A stretch of DNA of 64,000 bases from Lama guanicoe (GCA_013239625.1 MU054400.1:1957345-2021344); one strand, 5' to 3'; counted from the first letter of the stretch, positions 27,610 through 41,970 are shown. Notes: generated by a model not told the origin, from the letters alone. Made by a program: numbers and translations.

Positions 27610-29915
27610 CAATTTATTAATTGAGGTATAGTTGATGTACAATAGTATATAAGCTTCAGGTTTACAACATAGTGATTCAGTTTTAGAAGGTAATGCTCCA
27701 TTTAGAGTTATTATAAAATAGTGGCCTGTGTTGTACAATATAACCTTGTAGCTTATTTTACACATAATAGTTGGACCTCTTCATCTCCTACCCTATCTTG
27801 TCCATTCCCCCTCCTTCTCCCCACTGGTAACCACTAGTTTGTCCTCTATATCTGTGAATCTGCTTTTTTGTTATATTCACTAGTTTGTCGTATTTTTATA
27901 GTCCACATATAAGTGATATCATACAGTATTTGTCTTTCTTTGATTTATTTCACTTAGCATAATACCCTCCAAATCCATCCATGTCATTGCAAATGATGAA
28001 ATTTCATTTTTATGGCTCAGTAGTATTCCACTGTATATATACCATATCTTCTTTATCCATTCATCTGTTGATGGACACTTAGGTTGCTTCCATATCTTGG
28101 CAACTGTGAATAAATGCTGCTGTGAACATTGCATTGCATTTATCTTTTTGAATTAGTGTTTTCATTTTTTTCAGATATACATCCAGGAGTAGATTACTGG
28201 GTCATATGGTAGTTCTAGTTCCAGTTTTTTGAGAACTCTACATACCGTTTTCCACAGTAGCTGCACCAATTTACATACCCACCAACAGTGTACAAGGGTT
28301 CCTTTTTCTGCATATCCTCAGCAACTTCTGTTATTTGTGTTCTTTTTGATGATAGCCATTCCGACAGGTGTGAGCTGATATCTCATTGTGGTTTTAATTT
28401 GCATTTTTCTGATGATTAATGATATCAAGCATCTTTTCATGTGCCTGTTGGGCATCTGCATTTCCTCTTTGGAAAAATGTCTTTTCAGTTCTTCTGTCCA
28501 TTTTTAAAATCAGATTATTTTTCTGATGTTCAGCTGTGTGAGCTATCTATATATTTTGAATATTAACCCCTTATTGATCATATCATATGCAAATATCTTC
28601 TCCCATTCAGTAGGTTGTCTTTTCATTTTGTCAATGGTTTCCTTTTCTGTGCAAAAGCTTCTAAGTTTAATTAGGTCCCATTTGTTTATATTTGCCTTTT
28701 ATTTCCTTTGCTTTAGGAGAGAAATTAAAAAAAAAAAGCTACAATTTGTATCAAAGAGTGTTCCACCTAGGTCTTTAATCCATTTAGTTTATTTTTGTAT
28801 ATGATGGTAGAGAATACTCTAATTTCATTCTTTCACAGGTAGCTGTCCAGTTTCCCCAGCACCATTTATTGAAGAGACTGTCTATTTTAATTGTATATTC
28901 TCGTCTCTTTTGTCTTGGATTAGTTGACCATTAATGCATGTGTTTATTTCTGGGCTCTCTATTCTGTTCCATTGAACTATGTGTCTGTTGTGCCAGCATG
29001 ACAATGTTTTGATTACTGGAGCTTTTAGTATAGTCTGAGGTCAGAGAGCATGATTCCTCCATCTCTGTTCTTTCTCAAGATTGTTTTGGCTATTCAGAGT
29101 CTTCTGTGTTTCTATACAAATTTTAGAATTATTTGTTCTAATTCTGTGAAAAATGCCTTTGGTATTTTGATAGGGATTCCACTGAATCTGCAGATCACCT
29201 TGGGTAGTATGTTCACTTTAACGATATTAATTCTTCCAATCCACACACATGGTATATCTCTCCATCTGCTTGTGTTGTCTTTAATTTCTTTCATCAGTAT
29301 CTTCTAGTTTTTGGAGCACAGATCCTTTGTCTCCTTAGGTAGGTTTATTCCTAGGTATTTTATTCTTTATGATGTAATTGTAAATAGGATTGCTTCCTTA
29401 ATTTCCCTTTCTGATAGTTTGTTATTAGTGTATAGAAATACAACAGATTTCTGTATATTAATTTTGTATCCTGCAACTTGACCAAATTCACTGATGAGCT
29501 CTAGTAGCTTTTTGGTGGCACCTTTAGGATTTTCTATGTACAGTGTCATGTCATCTGCAGTGACTGTTTTAGTTCTTCTTTTCCAATTTGGGTTCCTTTT
29601 CTTTCTTTTTCTTTTCTGATTGCTGTGACCAGGACTTCCAAAAGTATGTTGTTTAAAGTGGTGAGACTGGGCATCCTTGTCTTGTTCCTGATCTTAGAGG
29701 GAATGCTTTCAGCTTTTCACCACTTAGTATGATGTTAACTATGGCCTTGTCACATATGGCCTTTTTTACGTTAGGGTATGTTCCCTCCATGCCCACTTTC
29801 TGGAGAGTTTTTTTTTTAATCATAAATGGATGTTGAATTTTATCAAAAGCTTTTCTGCATCTATTGAGACGATCATACGATTTTTGTTCTTTATTTTATT
29901 GGTGTGGCGTATCAC
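27610..29915 (-). mobile_element. LINE-1 ORF2 3' half and 3' UTR
   Basis: Minus-strand peptides [65 protein letters not shown]. Confidence 0.95.
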
Positions 29916-30059
29916 ATTAGAAATATTTTTTATAATTATGGAGTCAAACATCAAATCCAGAAGCAACAAAGCAGAATGCTAACAAATGGGATGTGTTTCC
30001 ATTAATTTATGTCTTCTTTAATTGATTTAGCATATTTTGTAGTTTTCACTGTACAAATC

Positions 30060-30990
30060 AGAATAATGGTGGTAGAATGAGTTAGGAAGTGTTCCTTCCT
30101 CTTCAACTTTTGGAAAAGTTTAAGAAGGACTGGTATTAGTCCTTCTTTAAATGCTTGGTAGAATTCATCAGAGAAGCCATCAGATTCAGGCTTTTTGTCA
30201 GGAGATTTTTGATAACTGATTCAACCTCCTTACTATTTTTAGAGTATTTTCTGATGTGTGTGTTTGAGAGAGAGAGAGAGAGAGAGAAATCTAAGCCAAT
30301 CTGTCCATTTCATCTAGATTATCCAATGTTTTTGGAGTACAATTGTTCATAGTACTCTCCTATACTTTTTGTTTGTACAACTGGTCACTTTCATTTCTGA
30401 TTTTCATAACTTGAGTCTCCTTGTTTAATATTTTATTTTTTAATTTTTATTTTGGTGGGAGAAGGATAATTAGGCTTATTTATTTTTAGAGGGGGTACTG
30501 GGTGTTGAACCCAGGACCTCATGCATGCTAAACGTGCGCTCTACCGCTTGAGCTGTACCTTCCCACCTTGACTCTTCTTTTCTTCTTAGTCTACCTAGCT
30601 AAAGGTTTGTCAATTTTGCTGATCTTTGCAAAGAATCAATCAGCTTCCCATTTCATTGATTTACACTATTATTTTTCTACTTTTCATTTCATTTATCTCT
30701 GCTCTAATCTTTGTTATCTTCCTCCTTCTGCTAGCTTTGGCCTTAGTTTATTCTTTTTTCTAGTCTCAACCTGTAAAATTAGTTTGTTGATTTGAGCTCT
30801 TTCTCATTTTTTACTGTAAGCAGTTATAGCTGTAAATTTCCCCCTTAGCACTGCTTTCACTGTGATCCTTAAGTTTTGACATGTTTTTATTTTCATTCAT
30901 CTCTAAATATTTTTAATTTGCCTTGTAATTTCTTCTTTGATCCTCTACTTGTTGAAGAGCATGTCATTTAATTCTCACAATTTTGTGATT
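30060..30990 (-). mobile_element. Older LINE-1 ORF2 fragment
   Basis: 'gaatgagttaggaagtgttccttcctcttc', 'ctagctaaaggtttgtcaatttt'. Confidence 0.8.
30423..30567 (-). mobile_element. tRNA-derived SINE (vic-1-like) inserted in an L1
   Basis: Same family as 27400-27559; degenerate TSD ttgagtctcctt / ttgactcttctt. Confidence 0.85.
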
Positions 30991-33134
30991 TTTAAAGTTG
31001 CTTTCTCATTTCCTTTTTTGTGTATTCTATAGCTATTTTCTTTGTTGTCATGGGGATTATATTTAACACTCTAAAGTTATAAAACTCTAATTTGAATTTA
31101 TACCATCTTAAATTCAACAGTATACAAAAACATTGCTCCTTTACAGCTTCTGTCTTCACCCCTTTTAATTGTTGATGTTACTAAATGATATCTTTATGCA
31201 TTGTGTGCCACAAACCACAAACTAATAATCTTTTTCAATGTATTAGTCTCTTAAATTATGTAGAAAAGTAAACTTGTAGTTATAAACTAATGATACTAGC
31301 TTTTAGACTAATTTTTTATATATATATATATGGGTCTCTGCCTTTATCTTACTTGAGCTTCTTGGATGTTTATAGTCATTATCTTTCATCCTGGCTCCTG
31401 CTGTGTGCAGGCTGCTCCAGGAATGAGTGCAGGGTTTCTGCCATTGGGCTAGGGGTGGGGATGGATAACTGTTACCACACTAAGAGCTGTAATTGACCGA
31501 AATTAACTGCAATTTACAATCTACTATCCAAGTTTCCCTTGGAAGTTGCAAACCTTCAATAGATTTCTGAGTTCCAAAATAGTAACATCATGCAGACTCT
31601 GCCAGTGCAATTACTGCCTAGGTAGGTAGACAGTTTCCTGGTGCTTCCTACTCCGCCAGCTTCCCAGAATCCACCCTTTATATTTGTTTGAAGATATTTT
31701 AAAGAATGAAGATGACCTGAAAATATATTGACCAAAAGATTTTCTGAAGCCATAAAGGCCTCTAGTTTCACTGAAAGTTTAACTTAAATATTTTGCTTTT
31801 ACACATATATATTTATGGGAAGTTTTTTAATTAAAAGTTAAAAGCTATTAGACTTAGAAGACAAACACAGCAGTATAAAAGGATTTTGAGTCACTAATTA
31901 GGAATTTATAAGGAATGTCTCAAATTTGGACTTGTCTGCCCTGATTAAGTCTTCTTTTCCTTAGCTTTGATGTCATACTTGCAGTTAGCAAATAAAGAGT
32001 GGCCCCATGCAAACTACACCACCTTAGCCCAATTCCTACATATTAAAAAGAAAAAGATGCAATCATTCCTAAGAGTCTAAATACTCAAAATAAGAAATAA
32101 AATTCTTTTATGAGATTGGCAACAATATCAGAAAGCTGTAACAGTCATGTAATTAATAGCTAAACCTAAAATGCCTCAGATAAATACAGAATTGCTCATT
32201 TATCTGTTTGTGGGAAAATTGTCCACAACCTAACTGAGACCACCAAAAGTAAAGGAAATAGAAAAGAGCCCTGTGTCAGATGACACTATTAGCAGACACA
32301 TGGTTGACATTTCATAATAGAGAAACCACACTAATTCAGAATCAGTGTGGTTAACAGCACTAATTAGAAGGCCCAAAAGAAATGCTTTGAGGAACTCTAT
32401 TTGTCCCAGAAGCAAAAATGCCAATTGTTTGACATAATAAATGTTTTTATTAATATGAAGTGTGATGGGAACACTGCAAGTGTTTGTGCACTCATGATTT
32501 TGCTGCAATGTCAGAAGGATGTAAAAGCCCTATGCAGCATGAATTTTATCTGGAATCTTGATTTTCAAGTAACACATGTTGTTTTATTCAGAGAGAGCGT
32601 GCACATGTAAATGTTTGTCTATAGCTCTGAATTGCACATTGAAAGATGAAACCAAAATGGGAAAATCTAACAAAATGCAAGCTCCTAGAGTCCATCTGGC
32701 TTCAGCTTTCAGTGAAGCATGAGATCAGAGTACCACTCTGTTTTTCATATCCAAGTGTATGGGCATTCAAAGCAAGGGTTGTTAAAAATGTGAGTTGAAA
32801 TGAGGCTTTTTTATAAGTGAATCTCACCTTATAGATTTGTTGAAAGATAGTTGTAGCTTAAATAGCTTACTTAACTAACTTTTATTTACCTGAAGTAAAA
32901 TGGAAGCTGCAAATTTTTTAAGTTTAACAATATGTAAAATGTGTGTGTGTGTTTGTGAACAAATATTACAGATTCAAAGCAAAATGCCAACCTTGGTGAA
33001 GTTAAAATGGTTCACATGTGACACTTGGTCAGTGTTATTAGTGAATTATCAAGATTAGTATGTTGACATCAATGTGTGCCGAAAGAAAAGTTTCAACTTC
33101 ATTTTGAAATACTCTGTTAGACAAAGTTTGATTG

Positions 33135-33218
33135 TATTAGGTTTAACCATATGAAATTGCCATTTTTGCAGGTCAAGAGCGGCCTAATGCTGGCAATTTC
33201 ACATGGTCCAATCTGTTA
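33135..33218. mobile_element. MADE2-like mariner MITE
   Basis: Terminal inverted repeats 'tattaggtttaaccatatgaaattgcca' ... 'tggcaatttcacatggtccaatctgtta'. Confidence 0.85.
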
Positions 33219-33679
33219 TTTAAAAGCTATCACTATTATCACAAGAAATTTCCATAGGACTTGAAAGTAGCCTTTTCAAGTACAAAATTTGGTATCTAAA
33301 AACAGTTATATATCATTTTGTCAAACGTCATCAAACTGTATACTTTAAATAGATATATTTTCATATATAAATTATACCTCAGTAAAGTAATTAGGTTTAT
33401 AGAAGCAAACTTAAGTTTCTCATAAAAAATTGAAAATATTTTATTTAGAAGTTTAATACTTATTCAATATTTAATATCTTCCCTAATAATTTATATTTTA
33501 TCTACCTTATTATATCAGTATATTCTGAATTTTTCCACCAAGTCCCATAGGGATGGCCCCAAATTCCTTCCAGTTCATCCCAGTGTACCATACAAATTCT
33601 AAGAATGCCAAGCAATGAAAAGGTGTCGCAGAGATTTCAAGCTATCCATCAAAATATACTCTCCCCTTAATTCATGGGA

Positions 33680-34205
33680 TGCAGGTTGAATTATTGTTCT
33701 CAATTATTCACGCGCTCCCTGTATTAGAATTACACACACCCACACCTTTACTATATGAAGTGGCAGCATCTCCCAATAAAGCAGGCAGAGTATTTTCCCG
33801 GCACTACTGATGTTGAGCTAGGTCATGTGACTCGTTTTGACCAATGGAATATAGGTGAAAGTGACAATGTGGCACTTCTGGGCTGAGTCTCCAGAGGCAT
33901 CAGGCATTTCTGCTCCCTTCTGTGCACTTCTATCATGAGAAGAGCACGCCCCAAAGAGTCACTGCCCTTTCTGCCCAGAATGAACATATGTGGAATGGGC
34001 CTGAACCCAGCCCACAGCCTGGCACCGTGCCCAGCCAACCAGTAGCCTTCATCAGAGCCTTCCTGCCCTGCCCAGCTTAGGTCAACTGAACAGCAGCCAA
34101 CAAGCAAATTTGTGAGAGTGAGACTAAATGCTGGTGGTTTAAAGCCACAATATTTAGGAGGGGTTTGTTACACAGCATTACTGCCGTGATAGCTAACTAA
34201 CATAC
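33680..34205 (+). mobile_element. MLT1 (MaLR) LTR
   Basis: 'ggtcatgtgactcgttttgaccaatggaat...tttgttacacagcattactg...atagctaactaacatac'. Confidence 0.75.
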
Positions 34206-34731
34206 CTACTAATAGTTCTATTGCTGGACATGAGCTACCTCACTACATTATATGTCCCCTGCAGTCAAGTATAGGCATGTGACTAAATTCTTAACAATAC
34301 AATATAAGCGGAGTGTTGGATGCCATTTTCAAATCTAAGCAAGACTATGAATGTGCTTTCTCTTCTCTCTTCTAATGGCAAAGACTCAGATGTGGAAGCC
34401 ACTCAGCTTTGATAATCCAGATGATGACAATTCCCTAAGGGATAATGGGACACTGACTTGGAAATATTCTGGGTCCCTGGATGACCACCAACCTAGACTA
34501 CTCCCCTGGGAACTGTTAGATGAAAGAGAAGGAAGTTCCATATTCTTTAAACCACTGTATTTTGAGCATCTTTGTTGCAGGTACTTATTTTTATCCTTAC
34601 TAATGAAGTTAGGAGACACTGCCTCCTCTGAGAAGTTCTGAGGTGTTACTCCTAAAAACTTAGCCCCAGTCTGCTTCTCTGTTCCACTTCCACTTCCCTA
34701 GTGATTTTCTGAGCCACCCAATATCCTTTTA

Positions 34732-34867
34732 GGGGAGGGTTTGGGGGGAAGGTGGGGAGAGGTAATTAGGTTTATTTATTTATTTTAAGTGGAGGTAGTG
34801 GAGATTGAACCCAGGACCCCATGCATGGTAAGCATGTGCTCTACCACTGAGCTATACCCTTCCTGCT
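34732..34867 (-). mobile_element. tRNA-derived SINE (vic-1-like)
   Basis: Same family; TSD ccaatatcctttta (34718-34731) / ccagtatcctttta (34868-34881). Confidence 0.87.
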
Positions 34868-37800
34868 CCAGTATCCTTTTAACGTCACTTATTTTCTGGC
34901 TACTCAGTAGAATCACCTTCCAAAGCTTGCTTGTCACATGGATTATGCTATGCTGTATCACAATTAATCATATTCATGTCCATCCATCTGCAGTATTATG
35001 AGCTTCACAAAACAGGACTCGGGTCTTCTGCATCACCCTAGCCAAGCACATTGCCTGCTACCAGGTAACTATTTGGAGAATAAAGGAATGAAGAAGTGGA
35101 TGAAATCGAGTGCTCCTGGTCTGGAGAGGGTGTGAGATATACAAGTGGACACTCAAGGGACAATGTGACTAGATGCTTAGGAAGTTACTAGCAGAATGAC
35201 AACGGCATCTTCAATTCAATGGGCTTCACCCAGAAGGTAGAAGAGTCTCCATGAACAGATGAGAGTGGGCAGGAAGTCAGCATTTACGACGAGTGGGTTC
35301 TGAGCTGGGTCCTCCTTTATTACTTGAATTTGTTGTCAGTCTCCGAAGGAAGATGAAAAAGCATGACCCATGGCAATGGCAGAGCCACGAGAAGCGATGA
35401 CGAGGCAGCCACTGCCACGACCTTCCTGGTGGAGGCCGCCCACAGGCAGCTGGGAGGTGCTTACTCTGGAGTCAGCAGGCTGTGCTCTGGGGAAATGATT
35501 TGAAAGCTTTACAAAAACCACATCCCCGGGCAGACCACCACAGGGCATTCTTAGCTGTGCTCAAGGTGACTCCAACCAGAAATAAATTCAGGATCATAAG
35601 ACACCACTGTCAGGACACCTGGAACCTGGTTCTTTTCTAGGACTTAGCTGCCTTTTCCACCACACTTGGCCCCAAATGACCTTTAGCCATTTCCGAATAT
35701 TGAAACCAATCCCTCAGAACAAGAATATTTTGTCACCAAATCACCGAAAGGATTTTACTTTTTTTTTTTTTTTTGCAGAGGTGGGAGAGGGGAAGAGACA
35801 AGGTATCAATATAAAGCTTGCAATAATAGAATTACAGAATGTCAAATTGGCAGAAACTTAAGAGACCAATCGCTTATTCCCCCTCATTTTGGAGCTCTGA
35901 GGTGGAAGCTCCCTCGGGACGGAGCCATATCTGCTTGAGTATCCAGTGCCCAGCAGAGGTTCGCCTATGAATTGTGCTCAATACCTGTTTCTTAAATACT
36001 CGAGGGGTAAAGAGTAAGTAAATAATTGTTCAATGTAAAATTTTTTGAATGAGAGGGTGAATGAATGAATGAACGAACGCATACAGTGTGGAAACTGAGA
36101 CCCAGAGAAATACAGTGCTCTGTCCAAGTTAACATGGTGGCTTAGAAGCAGAGCTGTGATTAAAAGCCAGGCCCTCTAGCAGCCACTCGGGCCTTTTACG
36201 GAGTAACAAGGCTGTGGTAACAGAGTCCCAGCTCAGGGCCTTCCCAAGGTCTTTCCTCTGCCCTCCCCCAACCCCTCCACTTCCTGGGAGAGTTGCGGGA
36301 ACTTCACCTTTACCCCACCCTCACTTGCGGGGTGTCTAGGACCCCACAACCACGTCTCTTGGGCCTATGGTGTCCTGAAAGAGTGCAGGGTCTGGAGACT
36401 GTCCTCACAATGTGACGATCATGCTGCACAGCCTCTGAGTAAAGGGCTGGTGGCCGTGGAAGTAAAGGTTTCACAGACCCAGAGGAAAAGCTGGGTTAGC
36501 CCAGCCCCCGGCTCTGATGGTGAACGATGTACTCAGGTGCAAGCACTGACCTGGTTCCCTGCCGGCTCCTGGGGGCTCAAAGCAAAGCCACAGGGCTGTC
36601 CTGGTGGTCCCTCAGGGAAACAGTCTGCCTCTGGGTCCACTGACCGACTGCTGTCTTAGCTCCCCTACCCACCCGAGCTAGTCCAAGACAGGAGCCTCTC
36701 CTTGGCTTCCCAAAACGCTAGCCATGCCCCAGTCCTCTCCAGGTCACAGAGGGCATGGGCTTTCAAAATGCAAAGCCTGGAAGAAACATCTTCTCTGCAT
36801 TCTGCTAAAGAGGAAAAAAACAAATGCTGGAGTGTGGGGCTGGGGAGACCAGTCAACAGCTCATACATTATCCTACCACAAAGGGCATGATGGTCTTTGG
36901 AGCACTTGCACTGGCATTACTTAACTGGACTAAGAATATTCAAACAATAACCTGTTTGCTCTACACATTCTCACATCTTTATTTAAAATAGTCACCTGAG
37001 GGTCTTCCTACTCTGTAGCACCAATTCAGCATGTGCACCTCTGAAGGAACTTCCTTAGTTTTTACCAGCATAAAATTCACAGTCACGATATTTAAAGGCT
37101 GTTGCCAGTGAGAAAGGAATGCTCAGGTCTCAGTCCTATCTACCTCTTCGGGGGTCTCAGGGCTGAATCTCTGAGTCAGACCTCAGCATCTGAAAGGACA
37201 GTGGTCATATCAACAGTGGAGACCATGATCAAAGGTTCGTTGACTGACCTACTAAAAACATTGGCAATTCAGCTAATTAAAACGAGTAAATAATCCCCAC
37301 TGCTGTACAGAACTATCTCCACCCCCTGCCTCAATATCCCTCTCCAACTCTACTCCACGTAAGTAGGAGGAAAGGGCTGGAAGGTGGGAAGAGTTTTCTA
37401 AATCCCTATTAAGTGCCAAGGAAAAGTCACCACTGTCAGGACCTTCTCCTGTGTGCACTTTTGCATGACTGTGAAGTCTCCCATCACAGCCAGCCTGCCT
37501 AAAACCTGACAACTTACTGTGAAAGTCCAACTGGGAGCAGTAGGTGAAACAAGGACCGGTTTTTCCCTGACCAAAGCACAGCAGAAAACTGAGTGTTTCG
37601 CCCAGCCTTTCAGGGAAAGCACATCTCCAGTCTGCCTTCAGTATCCAAAGCTCCCGGGGGCCTGGTCTGTGTTGAATGGACAGATACAGGACTGCTTGTT
37701 AGAGAGAGAAATATGCGCATTCTCCGTGCTCAAGAGCCATCACTTCGGTCACCGGGTCTCTCTGATTGCTGGCACAAAATACACACAATTCTTAAAGAAA

Positions 37801-39974
37801 CTACCCTTAGCTTGTCAAAGGGGGAGCCCAGACACATCAGAGCTGATTACTGGCTTTTTAACACCAAGAGGCCATCAGGTAGAGCAGGCTGGCCAACTTG
37901 GGGGCGCTAGGCAGGCCAAAGTTAGAAAACAACCACCTCAGAAAGCAGAGGCAGCAGATGCTGGAGACATGTTCTACTGAAGGCTTTTCTGGCTGCTCAG
38001 CTGGAGTTGGCTGGTAGTCGGGTTGTTGACGCCGGAGATATTTAACTAAATCTTCCCCATGTAAACACTGTGGGAATTCGTTCACCCAGAGAGCCCATTT
38101 CCTGGGAATACTGATAATGGGATTTTATCATGTACACAATTGTTCCGGTTGCCTTCCTTACTCCATTATTCTGCTGACACAATCCAGAGACCACTGATGC
38201 TACTTTGGAATTGGAAGCAAAGGGCAGAGACCACAGCCCATCGCACGGTCAATGCTCCTGTTCCCTAAAGTATTCGCCAGGCCCCGCCATTCCAGGTCAT
38301 CGCAAGCAGATACAAAAGTGCCTAAGGTTGGAGATCTTCTACTGCTTTCAGTGTCACTCTGGATTGCTGAAAGCACATGCTATGGTTTCAGGACAGGACC
38401 ACAAGGAAGAGTGAGAGCTAGACCAAGCTGTTACCCAGAGGTGAAGTGTAAGGACGCTGATTCCAGGGTGGAGCCATCCACCTCCAGATCAGGACTCCTC
38501 TTCCTCCTCTTTGGCCACAGAGCTTCTGGGCCTGAGACACATCAGTCCCTGCAGAGATACTGCCCACGGCCCCGTGTCAAGACCCAGCTGTCCCAAGTCC
38601 CATTCCTTTCACATCTGGCTGGCGAATGGCGGGATAATCTAATACATTAGTTAGCGACAGGGACGTGACGGTGATAATGATGTCTGTGTTAGCCCTCCAA
38701 AGAAAATTAACAAGCACTTAACTGAAGTTTAAGCTTTAAGCTGACCTTCACTAATGATGGGGATGTTAGGTAATACACAGGCTGATAGAGAAATTTGGAG
38801 GGGAATGGCCTCACTTCACATCAAGCAAGCCACCAGTTATTCAGCTAACACGGAGTCAGCTCTGCATACCCAACCCGTGAAAGAAAGAGAGGCTCTTAAG
38901 TGGGATTCTAAAGCATTATTTAAATAGTCCAACTCTCCAAAAACATGGAAGTGGCTGTGTAATTCTAGGGAAACTTATACAGCCACTGACATTACAATTA
39001 TGAGGATTATGTAGAAATATGCCCGAGTACATTTTAAACTACGCTAAATGAAAAAAATCTAAACAGTATCTGCACTGTAATTGTAACTATTTTTAAAAGC
39101 CATATAAATATGAACAACATTTGACATAGTATTAGAAAATATAAACAGCCAGTACAGTAAGGGGCTGGATTACAAAACCGGTTTTGTTTTCTTGAAGTTA
39201 TCCAGATAGACTATTATCTTTGCCAAAAAAAAAAAAAAGTTTAAGAAGAGGGAGGATATAGTCACAAACACTCTAGTCTGAATGAGACTCTTTGAAGGTA
39301 GGCCTAGGAGCTACCTGTGTTCAGATACTGAACTGCACTGAATACAAGTAGGTATTTAATGCCATTTTTTAAAAGACTTATACCATGTTTTTAATGAAGC
39401 ACATTTATCACAGATGGACAGGAAAACTTCAGTGACATTAGAGATCTCTCTCCTCTTGCAGATGATCCTTTCTGGATAAACAGACCTCCCCTAGACCAAG
39501 CTAAAGAGCCTGGCCCACCCGCAGGCACCCACCTGTTCTGGGGGCCGGGCAAGAATGTGCTGCCCAGCACCCAGCCTGCCCTCGGAAGCCTGCAGCGTCT
39601 CCTTCCTCTGCCCTGCACTTAGCCTCAAATTCAAGAAGTAAGGAAAGCAGTCATTTGACTGCTGCTGTTTCCATTTCCAATTTTCTAAATTTGGTTGCCA
39701 GATTTTCTGACCTGGTCACTGGAGAGCGAAATAACTTGAGAATTTTCCATGCAAATTTTTACTTCAGTTGTTTTGTGTTGAATTGAAAACATTTCAACAC
39801 AGAAGCTAAAATTCTCCAGAATACTGGTTTCTGGAAACTCCGAAGTTAGGTAGGTAGGTACAGAACTCCTGGGTTTTGGGGGTTTTTTCCCCAAGTTCCC
39901 ACCAGATTTTTCAGCTTGAGTTTTTGTCCAACAAAGTGGTCTGTGCCAAAAATCCCACCACCTCCACCAACCTC

Positions 39975-41240
39975 CATTCATTCAAGCAACATTTGACCAA
40001 CATTTCCTAAACAGCTACTATTGGCCAGGCACTCCTCTAGACACTGAGAGTACGTGGACAAAACAGGTCGAAGTGTCTGCTCACCTTACAGTGAGAAATA
40101 ATGAGGAATAAACAGGAAAAAGCAGTAAGACAGATGGTGAGACAGTCTTTGAAGGAAAACAGGCAGAGAAAGGAAACAGGAGTGCTGAGGGTAGGGACGG
40201 ACGTTGCAATTTATTAGGAGAACTATATGAAATTGCCATTTTGGAAGTCAACCATGGATAATGACTGGCAATTTCGTGTTGTTCAATCTACATCGGTTTT
40301 CTATTATTGCAAAACAAACCACCACAAACGTAGTGTTGCTGGCCAAAAGTGCAGTGAGGGCAAAGATCCTGAGGCACTCATGGGCCTGGATGAAGGTCTG
40401 CGCAGCTGGACTGGAGTGAGAGAGCAGGAGAACAACAGGATCCCATGTTGGGAGGCACTGTGGGCTGAGCAGATCACGCAGGGACTTCTAGGTAATTGCG
40501 AGGATCGTGACCCTCACTCTGAGAGAGCTGGGAAGTCAACAAAGGATTTTGAGCAGCAAGGTGACACGATCTGACTTACAAACTAATAGGATCATTGCTA
40601 ATAAGTTGAGAACATGAGAAATTCAAGAGAAGAAGCAGGGAAACCAATTAGGAGTCTATCTCTGTAATCTAGATGAGAGATAACGGTGATTTGGATGTGG
40701 ATGATAGCAATGGAGGTGAGCAGGAAGGACTGGTCTGGATATATTTTCAAAGTACAGCTGAATTTTCCTAGTGGACCAAATGTGAGCTAAGACAAGAGAA
40801 AAGTCAAAGATGACTCCAAAATGCTTGACTTGAGCAACCAAAAGGATGTAACTGCCATTCAGGAAAATAGAAAAGACTGTAGGAAAGGCAGGTTTGTAGG
40901 GGAGGTACTGGGAGCTCGGTTTTGGTAAAGCTGAATTTTAACTGCCTGTTGACATCCAAATTGAGAGTTCAAGTAGACAGTTGTATATACAAGTCTAGGG
41001 TCAGGGGAGAAGTCTAGCTAAGTTAGTAATTTGGGGTCTGTAGATAGTATTTAAAGTCACAAAACTAGATGAGATCACCAGGGAATGAGCTGTCAATGAA
41101 AAGAGAAAAAGTCCTGGGGCTGAACCTTGGGACATACCAATGTTTAGAGGTCAGAGAGATGAGAAGGAATCAACGAAAGAGGCTAAGAACAATTAGCCAG
41201 TGAGATAAAAAGAAAACCAGGGCCCACTGTGTCCTGAACC
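39975..41240 (-). mobile_element. LINE-2 fragment(s)
   Basis: Begins with a reverse L2 tail 'cattcattcaagcaacatttg'; body motifs such as 'agtcaaagatgactccaaa'. Confidence 0.75.
40212..40293. mobile_element. MADE2-like mariner MITE nested in L2
   Basis: 'tattaggagaactatatgaaattgcca...tggcaatttcgtgttgttcaatcta'. Confidence 0.8.
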
Positions 41241-41244
41241 AAGG

Positions 41245-41650
41245 AACATTCGTTTGTAGCACTTTGTTACCTTCCGGTTTTACAGAATGCTCTAGTTCAT
41301 CTTGTATTTTCCCCCACCCCTGCCCTAAAGCCAGCCATTTATTCAAAGGGCCCTAGTTCCTTTTATTACAGAATGGTATTAGAAACCACTGTCCAGGCCT
41401 TGAGCATGCTCACGGCACTTCTAGGCCCTCTCAGCAGACAGGCTAGGGAATACGTGTATGTGTGCCCATGTATGTACACACACTTACCTATAATTGCTCC
41501 TGTATATACAATATACATACATTAAGCTAAACATAAGTTCATACTGCTGTCTCTGACTCAGCTTCAGTACCACAAGGCTCATTCTAGTTTTCCCACCTTG
41601 CTTCTGTGTAACTTTCCTCTCTGACACTGAGAAATGCAGCTCCCACCAAT
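41245..41650 (-). mobile_element. L1MC-like 3' UTR fragment
   Basis: 'ttcatcttgtattttccc...ccctagttccttttatt...gaatggtattagaaacc'. Confidence 0.6.
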
Positions 41651-41769
41651 GAAAGTCATTCTTGACCTTGACAGAGCAGTTTCCGTGGAACACGGGGATC
41701 TAAAGCTTGGCTGGAATGCACTTAAGAGGCAATGAGGAGAGAGAAATTGGAGTCAGCAACTATATGCTC

Positions 41770-41970
41770 AAGGGTGGTTCTCAGCTTTTAGCTTGCATCA
41801 CAATCATCTGGAGGACTTGTTCGAGAGAAAACTGCTGACTAAAACCCCCAGAATTTGTTATTCATCAGGTCTGAAGTGGGGCCCAAGAATTTGCATTTCC
41901 AATAAGCTCCTTGGTTGTGCGGGTGCTGGTGCTGATGCTGCTTCTTAAAGTGCACTCTGAGAACCACTAG
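41770..41970. mobile_element. MER5A-like MITE
   Basis: 'gtggttctca...ggggcccaagaatttgcattt...ctctgagaaccacta'. Confidence 0.8.

Noticed and set aside
37519..37980. 153-aa ORF, and similar 130-146 aa ORFs at 38252, 44182 and 52587
   Set aside because: No recognisable homology or exon structure; some lie within LTR-derived sequence
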